Part shown: positions 57,638 through 64,000 of the stretch, in pieces
Numbering within the stretch: the first letter of the stretch is position 1
How the letters are laid out: every line of letters starts with the position of its first letter
Assembly: GCA_965216685.1 (NCBI GenBank)
Contig: OZ244195.1
Location: 3,977,423 to 4,041,422, forward strand
DNA from: Acidimicrobiales bacterium
GTDB taxonomy: Bacteria; Actinomycetota; Acidimicrobiia; Acidimicrobiales; SZUA-35
DNA: 64,000 nt
Direction: 5' to 3'
Position numbers and translations under genes: made by a program
The notes under the pieces: generated by a model
Database searches by the model: none
The model's input: the letters and a program-made list of their open reading frames with translations, nothing else
Told to the model about the DNA's origin: nothing

Positions 57638-58296
57638 GGCACCTCCAGCGCCGGGGGACGAGTGGAGCCGAGGGCGACCTCGACCACCGATGTCTCCATG
57701 TCGCCATAGCCGCTGATCACCATCTCGAACTCGAGGTTGAGGAATCGGGCGGCGTTTCTGGCTTTGGCCTCGACTTCAGGGTCGGGTACCTGGCAGAGGT
57801 AGACGAGACGGCTGTAGTTGCCGAAGTAGAGATCGGCCAGTTCGGGATGAGTGTCGATGCCCAGCGCCTGGACAACGAACCGATCGAAATGTTTGGCCAG
57901 GTAGTCGGTCAGGTAGAAGGAACCGGGTTCGGCGTCGTGCATCTGGAGAAAACGCTCCTGGCCGGCGAAGAACTGGTAGCAATGGTCGCCGGGCAGGCGC
58001 TCCAGACCATGAGTGGCGCAGAAGCGATCCAGGGCACCGCCGGTGCCGCAGTCTCCGTAGCCGATGAGTATCCGGTCATAGGTGGCGGCCTCGGGCCGGC
58101 CGAATTCGTCGGCTCGGTCGAGATGTTGGGCCAGACGGGCCTCGAGGGCGGGCACGATCTTCTCCGGTCGCATGTGGTATTCGCCGGGGAGGCATTCGAT
58201 GGTGACGTTGTCGAGGCCGGCTTTGCCGGTGATGGCCCGAAGCTCGCGGGCCAATGCCCCACAGGCCAAGATGAGGACCGACGGTTTGGCCGACAT
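57634..58296 (-). CDS. DUF1638 domain protein
   Basis: ACGALARE, H..PEKI, YGDCGTGG.LD, HCY, FYLTDYL, YFGNY. Confidence 0.88.
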   Translation of the reverse strand: MSAKPSVLILACGALARELRAITGKAGLDNVTIECLPGEYHMRPEKIVPALEARLAQHLDRADEFGRPEAATYDRILIGYGDCGTGGALDRFCATHGLERLPGDHCYQFFAGQERFLQMHDAEPGSFYLTDYLAKHFDRFVVQALGIDTHPELADLYFGNYSRLVYLCQVPDPEVEAKARNAARFLNLEFEMVISGYGDMETSVVEVALGSTRPPALEVP

Positions 58297-58302
58297 GATC
58301 GC

Positions 58303-59040
58303 TCAGGCCGCGGCGCGGCGCTCGCTGACAAGCTTGGTGGCCGTCTCGGAGGCAACGGCGGCATCGCGGCAGTAGGCGTTGGCCCCGATTGCCTCACCGA
58401 ACTCCTCGTTGAGAGGAGCGCCCCCAACCAGCACGATGAAGTCGTCGCGGACGCCCTTTTCCACCATGGTGTCGATCACGACCTTCATGTAGGGCATGGT
58501 CGTCGTCAGCAGGGCGGACATGCCGAGGATGTCGGGCTTGTGTTCGGTCAAGGCGTCGAGGAAGCCGTCGACGTCGGTGTTGATGCCCAGGTCAATGACC
58601 TCGAACCCGGCGCCTTCCATCATCATGGCCACCAGGTTCTTGCCGATGTCGTGGATGTCGCCTTTGACCGTACCGATGACCATCTTGCCGATTGGTTCTG
58701 CTCCGGTTTCGGCCAGGAGGGGGCGGAGGATGGCCATTCCCGCCTTCATGGCGTTGGCCGCCAGCAGCACCTCGGGGACGAACAGGATGCCGTCGCGAAA
58801 GTCGATACCGACGATGCGCATACCCTCGACCAGGGCGTCGTTGAGAACCTTGTCGGCCGACCAGCCCCGCGACAGGAAGATGTTGGTTCCTTCGGCTATC
58901 TCGTCGGCCAGTCCGTCGTAGAGGTCGTCGTGCATCTGGGCGCACAGATCCTCATCACTCAGCGAGTTGAGATCGATGTCGTCTTCGTCGCCAATCGGTC
59001 CGCCGGCGACGCCGTTGTCGCCGGCCTGATTTTCAGACAT
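58303..59040 (-). CDS. Corrinoid (B12-binding) methyl-carrier protein
   Basis: Cap domain GMRIVG..F....FVPEVL; GTVKGDIHDIGKNLV (DxHxxG), MSALLTTT, VGGAP. Confidence 0.95.
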   Translation of the reverse strand: MSENQAGDNGVAGGPIGDEDDIDLNSLSDEDLCAQMHDDLYDGLADEIAEGTNIFLSRGWSADKVLNDALVEGMRIVGIDFRDGILFVPEVLLAANAMKAGMAILRPLLAETGAEPIGKMVIGTVKGDIHDIGKNLVAMMMEGAGFEVIDLGINTDVDGFLDALTEHKPDILGMSALLTTTMPYMKVVIDTMVEKGVRDDFIVLVGGAPLNEEFGEAIGANAYCRDAAVASETATKLVSERRAAA

Positions 59041-59263
59041 TGATGTTCTCCCCTACAACAAACCGAAACGAGTTCACCGGTTCCTTCAATTCTGGTCAAT
59101 CGTAGTCGTTTGACCGTGGATCTTCTTGTACTCGATCTCGGCGGCCGCCGCCTCCGAGCCCGGGTCGTGCCCGTCGAGTTGTCGCCCCGACTATGTACCA
59201 CGATGTGGAACTGTACCGTATCATGAAATAGTCCCGGAAGCCAGAGTGAATTCCCCTCATAGA

Positions 59264-59294
59264 CCGCTGGAACGGGGGGTTCCTCCGCCGTTCC
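59264..59294 (-). terminator. Hairpin downstream of the minus-strand MFS gene
   Basis: GCTGGAACGG...CCGTTCCAGC 10-bp inverted repeat; no strong U-tract. Confidence 0.45.
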
Positions 59295-59305
59295 AGCCGC
59301 CTCGG

Positions 59306-60676
59306 TCAGCCCCCTCGACGTCGCGGTAGAAGGTACACGGCCATCGCCGTCGCCCGGGCAGCATAAGGCCGGAAATGGCGGGGTTTGGGAATGGTCGCCC
59401 CCGGCTTGATCAGGACCCGGTAGACCACGTAGGCGCCGACCGCGGCGTGGGTGACGATCAGCGACACGAAGTATTGAGCCGGCCCGAAGCTGTTCATCAG
59501 CGCGGTGGCCAGGAAGGGGCCCATGGTCGCCCCCACGGCGTTGGTCGTCACCAACGCCGCGCTGGCGCCCAGGATCTGTTCGGTCCGGATCCAGTCATTG
59601 GTGTAGGCGATGGCCAGAGAGTAGAGCGGGAAGGTGCAGGCTCCGATGGTGAACATCAACAAGTAGCCCGGTATCGAACCGGATTCCACCAGCAGGAGGG
59701 CGGCCGCCGCGGCCGCGGCCAGTAGACCCAGGGCGATCATGATGGCCCGCCGGGGCACACGGTCGGCCAGATAGCCGACGGGAACCTGGCCGATCACGCC
59801 TCCGACCATTGGGGCGCCCATGAACAACGAGACCTGACCGGCGCTCAGCCCGGCCTGGGTGGCGTAAACCGCCCCCATGCCCAGCAGGGCGCCGTTGGCC
59901 ATGCCGACCAGCACCGAGACGACGATGCCGGTGGGCACGATTCCGGCCAGTTCACGGACCGACATGGCATCGGGAGCCAGAGCCGGCGGTGAACTGGAAG
60001 CCGACAGGGACGTCGGTACCAGGGCCAGCGATATCAACACCGACGAGATGAGGAAGAGCTGGATCCCGCTGGGGTCAGGAAGGGTGAGCAGGAGTTGGCC
60101 GACGGCGAAGCCGCCCATCGACACGACCATGTAGAAGGCCATCATCCGGCCCCGGTTGGCATTGGTGGCGAGGTCGTTGATCCACGACTCGGCCACCACG
60201 TAGAGTCCGGCCATGCAGAACCCGGTGGCAAATCGCATGAGGCCCCAGGCCAGTGGGCTGATGGTCAGCAGGTAGACCAGCGTGGCTGTCGAGGCCATGG
60301 AGGCAAGGGCGGCGAAGACCCTGATATGGCCAACCGATCGAAGGGCCTTGGTGGCGGCCCGGCTCCCGACCAGGATGCCGATGAAGTACCCGCTCATGAC
60401 GAGACCGATGGTGTTGGTGCCGAAGTCGGCCTGTTCGGCCCGGATACCCACCAGCGAGCTCTGAAGACCGTTGCCGATCATCATCAGGCCGATACCGGTG
60501 AACAGAGCCCAGGCCGCGGCCGCCGGATTGGAGGAGGGGATGAGGGGCCCAAGTGCGGCGGTGCCATCGTCGCCTGGATCGGTCTCATACAGCTTGTCGA
60601 GCGGGTCGCGTTCGATCGGGAGGTGGTCGATCAGATCGGGTTCGCTGATCGGATCCGGGGTTGAGTCGGATTCCAC
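59306..60676 (-). CDS. MFS transporter (YcaD-like)
   Basis: GNGLQ, VGHIRVFA, R...GF, ESWIN, RGR, LADR..RR, PLYS; start uncertain (60676 or 60769). Confidence 0.88.
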   Translation of the reverse strand: MESDSTPDPISEPDLIDHLPIERDPLDKLYETDPGDDGTAALGPLIPSSNPAAAAWALFTGIGLMMIGNGLQSSLVGIRAEQADFGTNTIGLVMSGYFIGILVGSRAATKALRSVGHIRVFAALASMASTATLVYLLTISPLAWGLMRFATGFCMAGLYVVAESWINDLATNANRGRMMAFYMVVSMGGFAVGQLLLTLPDPSGIQLFLISSVLISLALVPTSLSASSSPPALAPDAMSVRELAGIVPTGIVVSVLVGMANGALLGMGAVYATQAGLSAGQVSLFMGAPMVGGVIGQVPVGYLADRVPRRAIMIALGLLAAAAAAALLLVESGSIPGYLLMFTIGACTFPLYSLAIAYTNDWIRTEQILGASAALVTTNAVGATMGPFLATALMNSFGPAQYFVSLIVTHAAVGAYVVYRVLIKPGATIPKPRHFRPYAARATAMAVYLLPRRRGG

Positions 60677-60830
60677 GGACTGCCTTCTTTGCGCCAGCGC
60701 CGGAAGGGCGCATCGGGGATCAAGGACTTCGGAGCCAACGTCCGATCCTGGAAAACGTATCGCTGCCAACCAGGGTCACAACACCCGAGCGACGGAATAT
60801 TTGTGCCGAGTTCGAAGCCGGACCCAGTTG

Positions 60831-60860
60831 TGCACAGAACCTATGCACAACTATTGTGTA
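60831..60860. promoter_or_regulatory. Tandem imperfect palindromes TGCACA-N5-T(A/G)TG(C/T)A, likely autoregulatory operator
   Basis: 60831-60847 and 60844-60860, ending 3 nt before the regulator ATG. Confidence 0.55.
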
Positions 60861-60863
60861 GCC

Positions 60864-61463
60864 ATGGAACCACGGCGAGAACTGCGACAAGTACGGCTGA
60901 GCAGCCCCCAGCTCCGGTGCCTGGCCAACACCACCCGATCGCGGCTGCTGTCGGCCCTACGCCTCGATGGCCCGGCCACATCGGCTGCGCTGGCCCAGCG
61001 GCTCAACACCAACACCGGAGTCAGCAGCTATCACCTTCGGCGGCTGGCCGATGTCGGTCTCATCGTCGAGGATCCCGAGCGGGGACGGGGCCGGGAACGG
61101 GTCTGGCAGGCGGCCCACGACGTCACCCACTGGATCGAGACCGACTTCGACGACGACCCCGACGACCGAGCCGCCCGGGACTGGCTCGTCGGCCATCACC
61201 ACCGACTGGTGACCCGCTGGCGGGACGAATGGCTGGCCACCCGCCATGAATGGCCCCGGAAATGGAGGGAGGCGGCCAGCAGCGGCGACATGTGGCTGCG
61301 AACATCACCGGAACGGGCAGCGGCCATGGTGGCCGAACTGGAGGCCGTCATCGAGCGATATGTGGAGGAGGCCCGGAGGGAGGCCGACGCTCAGACGGCC
61401 GAGGAAACCGCCGATGTCATGGTGTTGCTCGACGTCTTCCCGTCGAGACGGCCGACCATATGA
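60864..61463 (+). CDS. ArsR-like winged-helix transcriptional regulator
   Basis: LANTTRSRLL..L...GPAT...LA.......SYHLRRLA..GLI, RERVW. Confidence 0.88.
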   Translation: MEPRRELRQVRLSSPQLRCLANTTRSRLLSALRLDGPATSAALAQRLNTNTGVSSYHLRRLADVGLIVEDPERGRGRERVWQAAHDVTHWIETDFDDDPDDRAARDWLVGHHHRLVTRWRDEWLATRHEWPRKWREAASSGDMWLRTSPERAAAMVAELEAVIERYVEEARREADAQTAEETADVMVLLDVFPSRRPTI

Positions 61464-62695
61464 CGATCGCCCGGTTACGCCGCCGCTATCTCGCGCTGCT
61501 GGCCATGCGCTGGCTCCCCACCGGCCTGCTGATCCCGGTTCTCGTTCTCCTGCTCCTCGACCGCGGAATCTCCATCGCCGAGATCGGGCTGGCATCAGCC
61601 GCCCAGGGGGTGATGGTCATGGTGCTCGAGTTGCCCACCGGGGCGTTGGCCGACACCTACGGACGGCGGGTCGTGCTGGCATGGGCATCGCTGTTCGAAC
61701 TGATGTCGATCGGGCTGCTCCTGGTGGCCGACTCCCTGGCCCTTCTGGCCGCCGTGTTCGCCCTCCAGGGCATCTTCCGAGCGCTGGAAAGCGGGCCGCT
61801 CGATGCCTGGTTCGTCGACTCCGCCCAGTCGGTGGACCCGACGACCGACATCGAGGCGGTCCTGGCCGCCGCCGGGGCCGTGCTCGGACTGTCGATTGCG
61901 GCGGCCACCGTGGCCGCCGGTCTGCTGGTTGCGGCTGATCCGATCACCGCCGTCGATCCACTGGTGGTCCCGCTTCTGGCCTCGCTAGCCCTACGGGGCC
62001 TACATCTGGTCGCCATCGCCGCCTTGATGGACGATGTCGCCGTGCGTCGGCCCCCGGCCCATCCGGTTCCCGGCGGTGCGCTACACAAGCCTCAATCCGT
62101 GGGCACGGTGATGGTCGGCGCGTTGGGTCTGATCCGGTCCAACCCCATGTTGCGGGCGCTGATGGTGGTGGAGCTGTTGTGGGGTGCAGGCATGATCGCC
62201 TTCGAGACCCTGACTCCGGCCCGGCTGGAGGAGGTGGCCGGGCAGGCTGAACGGGCGGCCACCGTATTCGGGCCGGCCACCGCCGCGGCCTGGGTGGCGT
62301 CGGCGGCGGCCGCCGCCGCCGTGCCCCGACTGGCCGGTTTGATCGGCCCGGCCCGAACCGGAGCGTTGCTACGAGTGGCGCAGGGGGTCACGGTGGCGGG
62401 GATCGGTCTGGCGTCCGGTGTGGTGGGAGTTGTCATCGCCTTTCTGGTGACGATGGCAGTGCACGGAGCGGCCAATCCCGTCCACCAGGGCCTGCTCCAC
62501 CGCTCCGTCGAAGGATCGGCCAACCGCTCGACCATCGTCTCGGCCAACAGCCTCAGCGCTCAGATGGGTGGGGCCATCGGGATGGTGACCTTGACCGCGC
62601 TGGCCGACGCCACCACCCGATCAACGGCCATCATCGCCGGTGCCCTCGTGCTGGCCCTGGCCGCCCCCCTCTACCTACTTGGTTCAGGGACGTAG
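61460..62695 (+). CDS. MFS transporter
   Basis: ELPTGALADTYGRR, RALESG..DAW; ATGA overlap with the regulator. Confidence 0.88.
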   Translation: MTIARLRRRYLALLAMRWLPTGLLIPVLVLLLLDRGISIAEIGLASAAQGVMVMVLELPTGALADTYGRRVVLAWASLFELMSIGLLLVADSLALLAAVFALQGIFRALESGPLDAWFVDSAQSVDPTTDIEAVLAAAGAVLGLSIAAATVAAGLLVAADPITAVDPLVVPLLASLALRGLHLVAIAALMDDVAVRRPPAHPVPGGALHKPQSVGTVMVGALGLIRSNPMLRALMVVELLWGAGMIAFETLTPARLEEVAGQAERAATVFGPATAAAWVASAAAAAAVPRLAGLIGPARTGALLRVAQGVTVAGIGLASGVVGVVIAFLVTMAVHGAANPVHQGLLHRSVEGSANRSTIVSANSLSAQMGGAIGMVTLTALADATTRSTAIIAGALVLALAAPLYLLGSGT

Positions 62696-62708
62696 TGGCC
62701 GCCTCACG

Positions 62709-63581
62709 CTACGTCAGGTTGCCCTGGCGCCACTGTTCGGTGGCCTCAACCTGGTTGAAGGTGAAGCAGTGCAGATCCTCGACGTTCAGCTGTCGCAGCG
62801 ACGGTGACAGGGGCTCCAGAAGATCGTTGGGGTCGTAGTGGGTCATGGTCACCAGCTTGGTGATGGCCCGGCGGTTCTTCTTCAGGTAGCCCAGGGAGGC
62901 TCCGATACCCAGGCGGGCGCCCATGGTCATCAGCTTGGCCCGGTCGATCACACCGGCGATGCCCAGGTGGATCGGCAGATCCAGACCGGCCGCCCGCTCC
63001 TGCTCCAGCCACGACACGATCCGGTCGGGATCGAAACACATCTGGGTGCTGGCATAACCCCGCACCCCGGCCTCGGCCAGCACGGCTTGCTTGGCCAGGA
63101 GGGCCTGGTGGAGGGCCTCGTCGTTGATGTCGGCGTGACCGTCGGGATAGGACGTGACCCCAACGGTGTGCAGTTGCGGGCCGGCGTCGAGCAGATCGGC
63201 CAGGAAATCGACCGCCGCGCCGTAGGGCCCAGCCGGTGGGTTGGCGTCGCCGCCGACCAGGAACATGCGGCCGATCTCCTCGGTGCGAAGCCAGCGGGCG
63301 ATCTCGGCCGTATGTTGTCTGCTCTCCACCATGCGGGCGGCGATATGGGGAATGGCGGTGTGGCCCAGATCCCGGATCTGCTCGGTCAACTCCATGGTGG
63401 TGGCGATGCCCTTGACCGGGGAACAGGTGACCGACACCTTCGAGGCCGGCGGTAGTGCTTCGATGGCGGCGTCCAGACTCTTGAGGGGAACGACCTCAAA
63501 GGTCAGGTTGGCGATGAGATCCAGGCGATGTCGACTGTCCTCGGCCGACTCCGAAGCTGCGCCCTTCGAGCGGTTCAACAT
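62709..63581 (-). CDS. metF: Methylenetetrahydrofolate reductase family protein
   Basis: TFEVVP, PHIAAR, LVGGD, YPDGH, TQMCFD, LHCFTFNQ; TGATG-coupled to fhs. Confidence 0.82.
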   Translation of the reverse strand: MLNRSKGAASESAEDSRHRLDLIANLTFEVVPLKSLDAAIEALPPASKVSVTCSPVKGIATTMELTEQIRDLGHTAIPHIAARMVESRQHTAEIARWLRTEEIGRMFLVGGDANPPAGPYGAAVDFLADLLDAGPQLHTVGVTSYPDGHADINDEALHQALLAKQAVLAEAGVRGYASTQMCFDPDRIVSWLEQERAAGLDLPIHLGIAGVIDRAKLMTMGARLGIGASLGYLKKNRRAITKLVTMTHYDPNDLLEPLSPSLRQLNVEDLHCFTFNQVEATEQWRQGNLT

Positions 63582-64000
63582 CAGCTGAGGCCGACGATCT
63601 CGCCGTTGTCGTCGATATCGATCGACTTGGCCGCCGGGTTCTTGCCCAGACCCGGCATGGTGCGCATGTCGCCACAGATCGGGTAGACGAATCCGGCACC
63701 GACCGAGGCCCGGACCTCACGGACCGGAAGCGTCCATCCGGTGGGCGCGCCCTTCAACGCCGGATTGGAGGAAATCGACAGATGGGTCTTGGCGATGCAC
63801 ACCGGAAGATGGCCGAAACCGGCCGCCTCGTAGGTGTCGAGCTGCTTGGAGGCGGCAGGGGAGAATTCCACCCCGTCGGCGCCGTAGACCTTCTCGGCCA
63901 CGGTGCGGATCTTGTCCCGTAGCGGCAAGTCGTCGGGGTAGAGGACCTCGAAGCTCGACTCCTCCTCAGCCGCCTCCTTGACCGCAGTGGCCAGTTCGGC
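63581..64000 (-). CDS. fhs: Formate--tetrahydrofolate ligase, C-terminal part (begins outside the window)
   Basis: KI..VA..VYGADGV, LPVCIAKTHLSIS, GAGFVYPICGDMRTMPGL, IVGLS. Confidence 0.95.
   Translation of the reverse strand, partial: AELATAVKEAAEEESSFEVLYPDDLPLRDKIRTVAEKVYGADGVEFSPAASKQLDTYEAAGFGHLPVCIAKTHLSISSNPALKGAPTGWTLPVREVRASVGAGFVYPICGDMRTMPGLGKNPAAKSIDIDDNGEIVGLS

Noticed and set aside
59041-59305. Possible cobalamin riboswitch upstream of the corrinoid operon
   Set aside because: Only a GGAAGCCAG fragment on the wrong strand; no B12-box core found

Overview
GC-rich, gene-dense chromosomal window of about 51 CDS. Gene content (PknG/GlnX, F420-type LLM, Tat lipoproteins, AldR-ald) points to an Actinomycetota genome; Acidimicrobiia-like is an inference. 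No rRNA, tRNA, CRISPR, integrase or transposase was recognised. Main blocks: (1) rimB-like protease with a histone-H1-like tail, rimK-RCK_C and an M14 desuccinylase; (2) non-pyrrolysine MttB-family methyltransferase plus dimethylglycine-dehydrogenase-like gene; (3) kynurenine operon (SBP, nbaC, kynU, kmo, kynA); (4) isobutyryl-CoA-mutase-type icmA-icmB-meaB; (5) Rieske-TPP enzyme fusion; (6) a divergent PknG signalling locus; (7) orphan Flp pilin with a sigma28-like promoter; (8) aldR-ald; (9) split corrinoid methyl-transfer cluster with metF and fhs. Best candidate for an undescribed system is block 6 (33772-45640): a GlnX-like receptor is translationally coupled to a PotD-class amine/polyamine-binding Tat lipoprotein (where GlnH is expected) and a group II PLP decarboxylase. 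It is divergent from coiled-coil, PknG, PP2C, vWA, FHA and TerC genes, suggesting an amine-producing and amine-sensing Ser/Thr kinase circuit. All calls come from motif reading by eye; no database searches were run, and several start codons are uncertain.
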